A stretch of 42,688 nt of DNA from a virus: the IMG/VR virus record IMGVR_UViG_3300032180_000016, positions 1-42,688 of that record; one strand, 5' to 3'. A program made the translations under genes and the position numbers. Positions 18,749-26,222 of the stretch are shown here, in pieces. Position 1 is the stretch's first letter. The number at the start of each line of letters is the position of its first letter. A model generated the notes under the pieces. That model was not told the origin of the DNA, did not search any database, and was given only the letters and a program-made list of their open reading frames with translations.

Positions 18749-18874
18749 TCACCGGAAGCGATAAAAGTCCAGCATCTCTCGTTTCCAATCTTCGTAGGTC
18801 TGGCTGATGAGCAGGCCGCCAATAGCATAAAACGGCGAGAACAGCACCCTGATGACATACCATAAAACTTTCAT
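18749..18874 (-). CDS. 41-aa single-TM mini-protein, coupled to the upstream gene
   Basis: Translated by hand as MKVLWYVIRVLFSPFYAIGGLLISQTYEDWKREMLDFYRFR. Its ATG shares one base with the stop of gene 18874..19563 (TGATG). Confidence 0.4.
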   Translation of the reverse strand: MKVLWYVIRVLFSPFYAIGGLLISQTYEDWKREMLDFYRFR

Positions 18875-19563
18875 CACATCACCCTCTTCTGCTCAAACTC
18901 TCTGTAAACGCCCGTAGGCTCAAACTTCCGTCCGCTCTCAATCCTGATAGCCTTGGTTTCCCACTGGTTCCAGTATGCGGCTAAATTCCAGCAGAGCAGT
19001 CCTAAAATCTCACCGATCGGGTAGAGCTTGACCGCCATAGGCCAATACTTTTGAGCCGCTCCGCAAGCGCCAGTTCCGAGTAGCCATATCATCAGCCCAG
19101 CTATCTGCCCCAGCAGCGGCCATTCCAGGGCCCTCTTGCGCGTCAAGAGGCCCAAGATGATCAGGGCGATCAGCAGCGAGCTGGCGAAAATCTCCGTATC
19201 CAGAAACCTGTCCTGCAAAGTCTCTCCGCGATAGAAGATCCAGCCCGACGCCAGCCCTACGAGCATGACCACCTTGCCGGCGTAGGGGCCGATCCGTCGA
19301 TAGTCCTGAAGCATCTGAGCGACCAGCTTGCAGGCCAGAACGGAGAGCATGAGGTATTGGATGGCCTCGGTCGTCCATTCCACGGCGACATAGGGACTCC
19401 AGCCAAACCGGAGGGCAACGAAAGCGGCCATATCGGCAAGAGCACTGAAGGCTAAAAATGCGCAAAGATATTTGAGCTTCCGGCGATAGGCGAGAAAAGC
19501 GCCAGATGTTTCTAAGATGGCTTCAGTAGCCCATGCCAACTGCGGCCAGAAGCCGAGCGTCAC
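18874..19563 (-). CDS. Polytopic membrane protein (about 6-7 TM), unknown function
   Basis: 229 aa. GTG start preceded by AGGTGA. Hydrophobic segments run throughout, and I recognise no catalytic motif. Confidence 0.7.
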   Translation of the reverse strand: MTLGFWPQLAWATEAILETSGAFLAYRRKLKYLCAFLAFSALADMAAFVALRFGWSPYVAVEWTTEAIQYLMLSVLACKLVAQMLQDYRRIGPYAGKVVMLVGLASGWIFYRGETLQDRFLDTEIFASSLLIALIILGLLTRKRALEWPLLGQIAGLMIWLLGTGACGAAQKYWPMAVKLYPIGEILGLLCWNLAAYWNQWETKAIRIESGRKFEPTGVYREFEQKRVM

Positions 19564-19570
19564 CGATCAC

Positions 19571-19711
19571 CTACCGAATGAGGCAGGGACCAGGAGGCAC
19601 GCAGTGCGGACCATTCTGAGCTTTGACTGAACGAACCTGCTGCGCATGAAACGCGGTCCAGATTGCAAGACAAAACAGACAGGCTAGGACGGTCTTTGAC
19701 AGGGTTTTCAT
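19571..19711 (-). CDS. 46-aa peptide with a signal-like N-terminus
   Basis: Translated by hand as MKTLSKTVLACLFCLAIWTAFHAQQVRSVKAQNGPHCVPPGPCLIR. The ...AFHAQQ site resembles the other signals in this genome. The RBS is weak. Confidence 0.35.
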   Translation of the reverse strand: MKTLSKTVLACLFCLAIWTAFHAQQVRSVKAQNGPHCVPPGPCLIR

Positions 19712-19750
19712 GCCCAACATTATGAAGGCGAACGGTTTGCGAATGCAAGC

Positions 19751-20044
19751 TCATTTTTCCTCTGGGAGCACAATGGTTTTCGTCAGCGTCACGGCTTGCA
19801 GGTCTTGCGCGATCTTCCGCCATGCGTCACGTTCGGCCGTAATTTGGCGGGCATAGTCGGCCAGCATCTCGGGCAATTTGAGGTAACCGCCGCTGCCTAG
19901 CATGACCCGCGTATCGCCATAATGGTGCCAGCCTACGAGATAGCAGAACCGCCGCGCCTCATCCTCTGGCGATAGCTGCTCTAAGCGGAGCATGTCGTTC
20001 GTTCCCCATTCTTTTGGCTTCCCAGAATTCATCAAGTTGCTCAT
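19751..20044 (-). CDS. Hypothetical 97-aa protein (lysogeny-side operon)
   Basis: ORF in operon context with a 4-nt overlap with the upstream gene. No motif recognised. Confidence 0.6.
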   Translation of the reverse strand: MSNLMNSGKPKEWGTNDMLRLEQLSPEDEARRFCYLVGWHHYGDTRVMLGSGGYLKLPEMLADYARQITAERDAWRKIAQDLQAVTLTKTIVLPEEK

Positions 20045-20262
20045 TTTCTCCTCCTGTGCCCTCTAGGGCGTCCGGGCTTGCGTGGTCTGCCTTCCTTGAT
20101 CTTCTCCCGATCCCAGTCCGCTGCTCGACATTCGCGGTTGGGGCACTGTTTGGGCTTCTCCCGTTCGTTCTTGATCTGCCATGTGTGCTTGCAGTGACGG
20201 CATTGCCAGTGAGGGATGTAGGTCTTTGGGGCCATGCCTGGAGATTGTACAGCGGATGACAC
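20041..20262 (-). CDS. Zinc-ribbon protein with basic AT-hook-like tail (regulator candidate)
   Basis: 73 aa. CRHC...CPNREC followed by EGRPRKPGRPRGHRRRK, which carries two GRP cores. Confidence 0.6.
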   Translation of the reverse strand: MSSAVQSPGMAPKTYIPHWQCRHCKHTWQIKNEREKPKQCPNRECRAADWDREKIKEGRPRKPGRPRGHRRRK

Positions 20263-20429
20263 TATTTACCCTCCACTTGGGCTGACTTCAGCGGAGTGAA
20301 GTGGTAAAGTGGGGCGAATCGGTACGGATCAATCGTGTCCATGCAGTTCTGGCAAATATTGCTGGATTCGTTACCGTCCGCATCCGTCCATGTCCATTCA
20401 GCTTGCTTAGTGCAGTGCTTACATTCCAT
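20262..20429 (-). CDS. Zinc-ribbon mini-protein
   Basis: 55 aa from the ATG preceded by AGGAGAGTTT. CKHC...CQNC. It is the first gene of the minus-strand block. Confidence 0.55.
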   Translation of the reverse strand: MECKHCTKQAEWTWTDADGNESSNICQNCMDTIDPYRFAPLYHFTPLKSAQVEGK

Positions 20430-20442
20430 AAACTCTCCTGAA

Positions 20443-20517
20443 CTAATGCCCACTTTAGCGCATTAGCCTAAAGCTGTCAAGAGAGTACGAGCAGATTTTA
20501 GTACACTGTCCTAAAAT
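20443..20517. promoter_or_regulatory. Two inverted repeats in the divergent region (candidate operators)
   Basis: CTAATGC-N10-GCATTAG at 20443..20466 and ATTTTAG-N9-CTAAAAT at 20495..20517. Both lie between the minus-strand operon start and int. Confidence 0.4.
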
Positions 20518-20615
20518 ACCTGTTGAAATCTCCCCTTTCCGCGTGTACCCTTCTCCCCGCAGTCCTATCTGTACCGAATCCAATTCATAAAAATAGAAGT
20601 GTCAAGGAGAAATTC

Positions 20616-21785
20616 ATGCACTCATATTCCCAAAATGGGATAAGGAAGAATTTAGACAATGGCGCGAACTGGCGCTTGCAAAATAGTGATACGCTTCGAG
20701 GAGCTGCGTCCCCAATGCAGGCTCTCGCGACGGAGGAGTCGGCGTCCGCCGGGGAATTTTCTCGGCAATCCGAGGAGGCTCTTTCGATGTTAACCGTGCC
20801 ACAAGAGCTGCGGCGTTATACCTTCGCAGTCGCAGCCGATAAATGGATAGAATACAAGTCGTTCGTAAGCCCGTCTGGTCGTGCTCGCTTTGTCTCTCCG
20901 CGCGGCATAGACGATTTGCGCCAGTATGTTCGGGCTCTTAACCGGGTATTCGGTACGCTCCAGATGGGAGCGATTCACGCCGGACACATCCGCCAGTTTC
21001 AACTTATGCGCGCCTCGGGCAAGCTCCATCCTGAAGGCAAGCCAGAGCGCCAAATCTCGCCGAACAAAATCAACCAAGAGGTAGGGACACTAGTCCGCAT
21101 CCTCAAATTCGCCCACTGCTGGACGCGGAGCCTGGAGGAGACCTATATGCCCCTCCAGCGGGAAGAGTCGGATATTCCCCGAGCCCTTTCCCCGGCAGAG
21201 CAGCATCAATGGCTCTTAACCGCCTCATCGCGGGCGGAATGGCAGTTCGTCTACTGGTACTCGCTGCTCGGGCTGGATTGCCCCATGTCCACCAACGAGC
21301 AGAGGGGGCTCAGAATTGGCGACCTGGATGTACACAACAACCTCGTGATGGTTAGGGTCCGCAACAGCAAGAACAAGTACCGGACCCGATCTATTCCTAT
21401 GTCCGATTCGGCGCGGTGGGCTGTCGATATGCTGCTGGCACGGGCAGCGACCGCCAAATCCACAGCGCCGCATCAATACCTCATGCCTTTCCGTAAGGCT
21501 CACATCTGGAATCCAGATCAGCCGATGACGGTCAGCGGCATCAAGCGACACTGGAACGAAGTACGGGAGGCGATAGGGCTAACGTGGTTCCGGCCCTATG
21601 ACCTGCGGCACACGTCATGTACGCGCTACGCAGAAGCAGGAACGGCCATCGCAGTAATAATGAGCTTGGCCGGACACGTCACCCGCAAGATGTCTGACCA
21701 CTACACACACATTTCCGAGCAGGCGAAGAGAAAGGCTGTGCAAAACGTGTCGTTAAAATCCGTGGTTCATTCTGCCACGGCGTAA
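20616..21785 (+). CDS. int: Tyrosine integrase
   Basis: 389 aa from the ATG after AGGAGAAATTC. RGLRIGDL (Arg I), DLRHTSCTR (HxxR) and GHVTRKMSDHYTH (catalytic Tyr region) are present. Confidence 0.9.
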   Translation: MHSYSQNGIRKNLDNGANWRLQNSDTLRGAASPMQALATEESASAGEFSRQSEEALSMLTVPQELRRYTFAVAADKWIEYKSFVSPSGRARFVSPRGIDDLRQYVRALNRVFGTLQMGAIHAGHIRQFQLMRASGKLHPEGKPERQISPNKINQEVGTLVRILKFAHCWTRSLEETYMPLQREESDIPRALSPAEQHQWLLTASSRAEWQFVYWYSLLGLDCPMSTNEQRGLRIGDLDVHNNLVMVRVRNSKNKYRTRSIPMSDSARWAVDMLLARAATAKSTAPHQYLMPFRKAHIWNPDQPMTVSGIKRHWNEVREAIGLTWFRPYDLRHTSCTRYAEAGTAIAVIMSLAGHVTRKMSDHYTHISEQAKRKAVQNVSLKSVVHSATA

Positions 21786-21795
21786 GCACCTAAGA

Positions 21796-21824
21796 ATGCG
21801 GGGTTTCTGTCCCCGCATTTTTTT
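21796..21824 (+). terminator. Rho-independent terminator after int
   Basis: atgcgggg / ccccgcat form an 8-bp stem with the 7-nt loop tttctgt, running into a 7-T tract. Confidence 0.7.
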
Positions 21825-21825
21825 C

Positions 21826-21852
21826 TTGACACACGGTACGATGTGGTAATAC
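21826..21852 (+). promoter_or_regulatory. Candidate sigma70-type promoter for the RHH gene
   Basis: TTGACA at 21826..21831, a 15-nt spacer, then TGgTAATAC (extended -10) at 21844..21852. The ATG at 21865 would leave only a few nt of leader. Confidence 0.35.
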
Positions 21853-21864
21853 CTTGTCCTACGA

Positions 21865-22038
21865 ATGGCCAACGGGAACCCAATATCGCTGAAACCGACG
21901 GCGGAAGACCTGGGTGTTATCAAGAAGCTGAGAAAAGAATTTCCCCTTTTCACTCAGTCGCAGGTGATCCGCCACGCGCTGAGAGAACTCCTCAAGGCGA
22001 CCGCCGAGGCGAAGGCTAGGAAAACACAAGCAGCATAG
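21865..22038 (+). CDS. Ribbon-helix-helix (CopG/Arc-like) protein between int and attP; excisionase or regulator candidate
   Basis: 57 aa, below the track cutoff. ISLKPTAEDLGVIKKLRKEFPLFTQSQVIRHALRELL has a strand-helix-helix layout. Confidence 0.6.
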   Translation: MANGNPISLKPTAEDLGVIKKLRKEFPLFTQSQVIRHALRELLKATAEAKARKTQAA

Positions 22039-22094
22039 GACTTTACCAAATGGCAGGCAGCTTGAATCACGTTGACGGATCGATGAGCCAAGTG

Positions 22095-22139
22095 CTCATA
22101 ATCCGTAGGTCGCAGGTTCGAGTCCTGCCGCCGCCACCA
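22095..22139 (+). other. attP core: 3' 45 nt of a tRNA-Met(CAU)-like gene (anticodon loop to CCA)
   Basis: ctcataa / tccgt / aggtc / gcagg-ttcgagt-cctgc / cgccgcc-a-cca has canonical tRNA 3'-half geometry. The upstream sequence cannot pair to complete the anticodon or acceptor stems. Confidence 0.75.
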
Positions 22140-22198
22140 AATTCTGAAAACAAACAATCTAGCAGGCTTGCGCCTCGTTTATCCGGACGGGGTGCAGC

Positions 22199-22477
22199 AT
22201 GAGCACGCCCCTCCATGCCCCCCTATTCGGCGGCAAGACCTACTCCGCATCTCGTGACCAGTCCCGGCTGACCTCGCAGCTCGCTAAGGTCTTTGAGCTG
22301 ATGAAGGACGGAAAGTTCCGCACCATTCCCCAGATTGTCCGTGAGATTGGCTGGCAGGGATCAGAGGCGGGAGTATCGGCCAGACTGCGGGACCTCAGAA
22401 AGCCTCACTTCGGACACACGGTCAATCGCAGGTATCTGGGTGAAGGGCTGTATGAGTACCAGTTGGTGATTCGATGA
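22199..22477 (+). CDS. Winged-helix DNA-binding protein (first early gene)
   Basis: 92 aa. IPQIVREIGWQGSEAGVSARLRDLRKPHFGHTV...GLYEYQL is a wHTH-like pattern. Confidence 0.65.
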   Translation: MSTPLHAPLFGGKTYSASRDQSRLTSQLAKVFELMKDGKFRTIPQIVREIGWQGSEAGVSARLRDLRKPHFGHTVNRRYLGEGLYEYQLVIR

Positions 22478-22788
22478 TCAAGCTCACTCCAAAAGCGAAC
22501 TGGAAGAAGTTTTCTCACCCAATGGGCGGCGATTGGTACCACTGGGGCGACGTTCAGGCCCACATCGCGAAAGAACAGGGATTGTGGCATCTGTCCATCT
22601 CGGTTCCGTACCGCTATCCGACTTGGGACGAAATCTATACCGCGTGGTACGACCTCTGCCCTGACGCGGCCCAGATCAACGGCGCAATCATGCTACCGCG
22701 CAAATCCGAGTACGTGAACATTCACCCGAACTGCTTTCATGTTCACCAGCTGCAGGATGCGGAGATGCCAGCGGCGGTGATTCTATGA
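22474..22788 (+). CDS. Hypothetical early protein
   Basis: 104 aa with an ATGA overlap. The W/H-rich sequence shows no recognised domain. Confidence 0.65.
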   Translation: MIKLTPKANWKKFSHPMGGDWYHWGDVQAHIAKEQGLWHLSISVPYRYPTWDEIYTAWYDLCPDAAQINGAIMLPRKSEYVNIHPNCFHVHQLQDAEMPAAVIL

Positions 22789-22916
22789 GCCTGATCTACC
22801 ACTTCCCCGCCTCCTCTCCAAGCTCTAGCAAGGTAAGGGAGTTGGCCTGGAAGTGCGTTTTCCTGAGCCCGTTTGTGGTTTTGGTTTCAGTTTTGATTCT
22901 TTCGCAGATTTCTTAG
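22785..22916 (+). CDS. 43-aa mini-protein with a C-terminal TM segment
   Basis: Below the track cutoff. ATGA overlap with the upstream stop, and it ends at the RBS of the next gene. MSLIYHFPASSPSSSKVRELAWKCVFLSPFVVLVSVLILSQIS. Confidence 0.4.
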   Translation: MSLIYHFPASSPSSSKVRELAWKCVFLSPFVVLVSVLILSQIS

Positions 22917-22924
22917 GAGGAAGT

Positions 22925-23251
22925 ATGAAGTCGCACGATTATGCGCAACGCTTGAAGGAAATTGGCGAGTTTCTATTGACTCGCCCGGAGTTTGAAACAA
23001 ACACAGCGCCAATGCTGTTTTTCCACATGTACAAGAAGGAGCATTTGCTCGCCGCCGTTCGTTCGCTCGGAAGCGGCACCAAAGAGCTGACCAACGGTAG
23101 TTACGCTGAAATCAAATTCAAGCCAACTGCTGCCCCAGAGATTATCGTTTCCGCCGCGCGTGACACAGTTTGCGTGAAGGTTCAGGAAGCGAAATGGGAA
23201 TGCGAGCCGCTGCTCTCGCAGGCGGAAGAAGCTGAGCTAGTAACAAAGTAA
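22925..23251 (+). CDS. Hypothetical early protein
   Basis: 108 aa from the ATG after AGGAGGAAGT. The 22853 start in the track lacks an RBS. Confidence 0.65.
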   Translation: MKSHDYAQRLKEIGEFLLTRPEFETNTAPMLFFHMYKKEHLLAAVRSLGSGTKELTNGSYAEIKFKPTAAPEIIVSAARDTVCVKVQEAKWECEPLLSQAEEAELVTK

Positions 23252-23374
23252 GGCACAGGCTCTGCCCTGTGCGAAGTCGCCGGAGCGCACATCGTCAATC
23301 CTATCGCCTGATACGGGCAAGGTGGATGTCAGAATCGGCGGCTTCGCAGAGGGTAGAAAGCCAAGGAAAAACCC

Positions 23375-23827
23375 ATGAGCACAAACTTATTGCACTTCCC
23401 CGTTACTGAATCAGAGATTGAGCACAAGATTCTCCGCGAATTAGCCAAAGTTTCTCCGCTGCGGCTGACTGACCTGTTTGTACGCTGCGACGGCTACTAC
23501 CTGAAGCATTGGGCGCAAGCGGCGAGAAATCTCATCCGGCGCGGAGCAGTACGGGATTTAACCCCGGATCACATCATTCCGACGCTGGAGCCGATTCCGC
23601 CTAGCTATCCCGGCGATCAGGGCGACGAAGCGGATATATCAACATCTGGCCTGAGTACCGCAAGTATGAACGGTACTCAATGCGAGACGCAGGCTGAGGG
23701 GTTTCATCCACAACCGGAGAGTAGAAGTGAATTGCCGGGTAATACGCGCCGCCCACAAGAGCATGGAATATTTCAGCCTGCGAGAACAATCGCCCCCAGA
23801 TTTGAGAGAGAGGAGCAACCTAGATGA
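23375..23827 (+). CDS. Hypothetical protein with a wHTH-like N-terminus and a disordered C-terminus
   Basis: 150 aa. The RBS is AAGGAAAAACCC. Confidence 0.6.
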   Translation: MSTNLLHFPVTESEIEHKILRELAKVSPLRLTDLFVRCDGYYLKHWAQAARNLIRRGAVRDLTPDHIIPTLEPIPPSYPGDQGDEADISTSGLSTASMNGTQCETQAEGFHPQPESRSELPGNTRRPQEHGIFQPARTIAPRFEREEQPR

Positions 23828-24744
23828 CGCTACGAATCATAAAAGCTAACGAACCGATCCAGGTAACACGCCTCAACCTGTGTATCTATGCCCCCCCGGG
23901 AGTGGGCAAGACTTCTCTCGGCTTTACCGCCGAAGATCCGCTGGATCTGGACTTTGACAATGGGGCATATCGGGCCTGCAACCGCAAGGACAGTGTTGCC
24001 TGTTCTCGGTGGTCCGATGTGTCCGACATGGATGCTGAAGACCTTGCTCCGTACCAAACCATCATCGTAGATACGGCTGGCCGCGCACTCGACAAACTCT
24101 CTGCCGACATCATTGCCGACAATGTCAAGAATGGCAAAAAGGACGGCTCGCTGAGCTTGCAGGGATTCGGCGTATTGAAATCGCGGTTCGCGGCATGGCT
24201 CAAAGTCGTGAACGGCTTCGGCAAAGACGTTGTGCTGATTTGCCACATGGACGAGCAGCGCAATGGGGATGACGTAATCGAACGCCTGGACGCGCAGGGC
24301 AGCTCCAAGAACGAAATTTACAAGTCCGTTGACGCAATGGGTCGCGTATTTGTGCGCCAAGGCAAGGACAAAAAGACACAGCGGTTCTTGGACTTCTCGC
24401 CCCGAGAAGGAGCCTTCGGAAAGAATCCAGGGCAGCTCGAAGAACTGGAAATTCCACATCCTGACAAGAATCCCCGTTTTCTCGCTGAAGTCATCGCCCA
24501 GATCAAAGCCAAGCTTAACGCCATGAGCGCGGACCAAGTTGCCGAGCAATCCCGGCTGGACGAATGGAAGACCGCGATTGACGACCTGGCATCCCTTGAT
24601 GACTTCAACCTGCTGATTGGCAACGTTCGTAACGCCCCGGACGCGGCCAAGATGTACTTCCACTCCAAGGCCACGGACAAGGGATTCACGTTCAACAAAA
24701 AGGCCATGCAGTACGAAGTCAAACCGGAGAAGGCGTATGCCTGA
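23824..24744 (+). CDS. AAA_24 / Sak4-like RecA-fold ATPase (recombination)
   Basis: 306 aa. Walker A is IYAPPGVGKTS, Walker B-like is TIIVDTAG. Size and context match phage Sak4-type proteins. Confidence 0.8.
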   Translation: MTLRIIKANEPIQVTRLNLCIYAPPGVGKTSLGFTAEDPLDLDFDNGAYRACNRKDSVACSRWSDVSDMDAEDLAPYQTIIVDTAGRALDKLSADIIADNVKNGKKDGSLSLQGFGVLKSRFAAWLKVVNGFGKDVVLICHMDEQRNGDDVIERLDAQGSSKNEIYKSVDAMGRVFVRQGKDKKTQRFLDFSPREGAFGKNPGQLEELEIPHPDKNPRFLAEVIAQIKAKLNAMSADQVAEQSRLDEWKTAIDDLASLDDFNLLIGNVRNAPDAAKMYFHSKATDKGFTFNKKAMQYEVKPEKAYA

Positions 24745-25384
24745 ACTGATCTACCGGGTTTCACAAGTCGATGTGTTCAGGTCTTGGGAAGACGATCCCG
24801 ACGCCGACATGAACTGGCTTATCAAGGAACTGACCGGGAAAGTAGAGACGCCAGACATGAAGCGCGGCACGGCCTTCCATGCAGCCTTGGAGAAACTAGG
24901 AACTGGGGAAGTTGAACGCATCGACTCACAAGGCCATACGTTCATCTTTGACGGTGACTTTGAACTGCCAGCCTTCCCTGTCCGTGAGATTCGCAAGAGC
25001 AAAGACTACGGCGGAATCACGGTTAGCGGGAAAGTGGACGCGATCAACGGTCATCACGTCCTGGACCATAAGGCAGCAACGTGGTTCGACGCGGAACGCT
25101 ACTTCAAGAAGTATCAGTGGCGCTATTACCTGGACATATTCGGCGCTGACAGGTTCACGTGGTACGTCTGGGAAATGCAGGAAGCGGACACGACAGATGA
25201 TTCCCGCGTGTTTGTAGTCAGAGATCTACACGTTCTGGAGCAGTACCGCTATCCGCATCTTGAGCGAGATTGCCGGGATTTAGCGTTAAGACTAAAGAGC
25301 TTCGCGGAACAGCACCTAGTTAAGCCGGGACCGCAGTCGATTGTGGCATCTCTGGAAATCACAGATGAGGACATTGCCAGTTGA
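24737..25384 (+). CDS. PD-(D/E)XK nuclease
   Basis: 215 aa from the ATG overlapping the upstream stop by 8 nt. GKVDAINGHHVLDHKA supplies the D...D-x-K motif. Confidence 0.7.
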   Translation: MPELIYRVSQVDVFRSWEDDPDADMNWLIKELTGKVETPDMKRGTAFHAALEKLGTGEVERIDSQGHTFIFDGDFELPAFPVREIRKSKDYGGITVSGKVDAINGHHVLDHKAATWFDAERYFKKYQWRYYLDIFGADRFTWYVWEMQEADTTDDSRVFVVRDLHVLEQYRYPHLERDCRDLALRLKSFAEQHLVKPGPQSIVASLEITDEDIAS

Positions 25385-25932
25385 GAAATCCCTTCGCTCG
25401 CCCGCGTCCAAACCCTAAGCGCTCCTCTGCCCGTAGAGTGGGGCCGGATAGGGTGAGACTGCGCGGAGAGGACATGACGGAGCTTAGGCGTGCAGCATTT
25501 CAGCGGAGCGGCGGATATTGCGAGGCCCAAGACGCTCTTGATATGCGCTGTTGCCGCATTATTACTTGGGAATCAATGGAACTCTCCCACGTTCGGCACG
25601 GAGCCAACAAGACGGACACGCTGGACGGCGTTCTGGCGAGCTGCAAAGAATGCCATAGAGCGGCGCACAATGCAGGCGGAAAGCCAGTCAGCAGAAAGCC
25701 AGGTCGAGTTATGAACCTCACCGAAGCGCGGAAGTATTGGGAAGGCGAAGTCTGCTACTGCAATGGCACCAAGAAAAAGCAGGCGTCATTCTGCGGAGCG
25801 TGCATGTCGAAGCTTTCGGCCCAGCGGCGGTACAACCTTGAGAACTCGGACGATGCCGACCAGTACCGGGCAGATTTAGCAGCAGCGGAGTTAGAGATTC
25901 TTGCGTGGAAGGCAGAGGAACGAACAGCATGA
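25381..25932 (+). CDS. HNH nuclease
   Basis: 183 aa with a TTG start (ATG 25474 is an alternative). CEA...C...SHVRHGANKTD...CKECHRAAHN is an HNH-type motif. Confidence 0.65.
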   Translation: MRNPFARPRPNPKRSSARRVGPDRVRLRGEDMTELRRAAFQRSGGYCEAQDALDMRCCRIITWESMELSHVRHGANKTDTLDGVLASCKECHRAAHNAGGKPVSRKPGRVMNLTEARKYWEGEVCYCNGTKKKQASFCGACMSKLSAQRRYNLENSDDADQYRADLAAAELEILAWKAEERTA

Positions 25933-26186
25933 GCGGCACAGCAAACAGTTGGCGAGAACTAGCTATCGAGCGGCTGGAGAGGAACTTTTTGGGGAGCGGA
26001 TGGGACTTCATCCTGAAGAAAAACGGCACGCATTTTGGTATCACCAGAAATCGGAAACGCGGATTCCATCTAGCAGAAACCCCGGCACAGCGGAGGAACT
26101 CCATGCAGAGCGCACGTGAGCAGGAGGGTGAAGTGGAGGAGTTGTTGAGGGTGATGTCAGTCAATGGAAAGGTGGCGGAAGCGTGA
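25929..26186 (+). CDS. Hypothetical protein
   Basis: 85 aa with an ATGA overlap with the upstream stop. Confidence 0.55.
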   Translation: MSGTANSWRELAIERLERNFLGSGWDFILKKNGTHFGITRNRKRGFHLAETPAQRRNSMQSAREQEGEVEELLRVMSVNGKVAEA

Positions 26187-26222
26187 GTATTTGGCCCGTT
26201 TAAGCGTAAGCCCACTGAGGAA

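Noticed and set aside
22060-22139. A complete tRNA-Met gene carried by the phage
   Set aside because: Only the 3' 45 nt (anticodon loop, 3' anticodon-stem strand, variable loop, T-arm, acceptor 3' strand, CCA) have tRNA geometry. The upstream bases (..gagccaagtg) cannot pair with tccgt or with cgccgcc. This is an attP core, not a functional tRNA.
21954-22157. Minus-strand 67-aa ORF (MFVFRIWWRRQDSNLRPTDYE...)
   Set aside because: RQDSNLRPTDYE is the familiar antisense translation of a tRNA T-arm/acceptor region. The ORF also overlaps the RHH gene, so it is an artefact.
23253-23272. Hairpin gcacagg-ctctgc-cctgtgc directly after gene 22925..23251 as an intrinsic terminator
   Set aside because: It has a 7-bp stem but no following T-tract, and it lies within a co-directional operon. 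It may be an RNA-stability element, but there is not enough evidence to call a terminator.
23830-24663. Long minus-strand ORF (277 aa) antisense to the Sak4-like ATPase gene. Similar antisense ORFs lie at 39066..39857, 31156..31869, 31617..32264, 29866..30558, 11693..12313, 13879..14355 and 1392..1919.
   Set aside because: Each lies opposite a + strand gene with clear motifs or operon context. They have R/S/P/C-rich composition typical of antisense frames in GC-rich DNA, and they lack RBSs.
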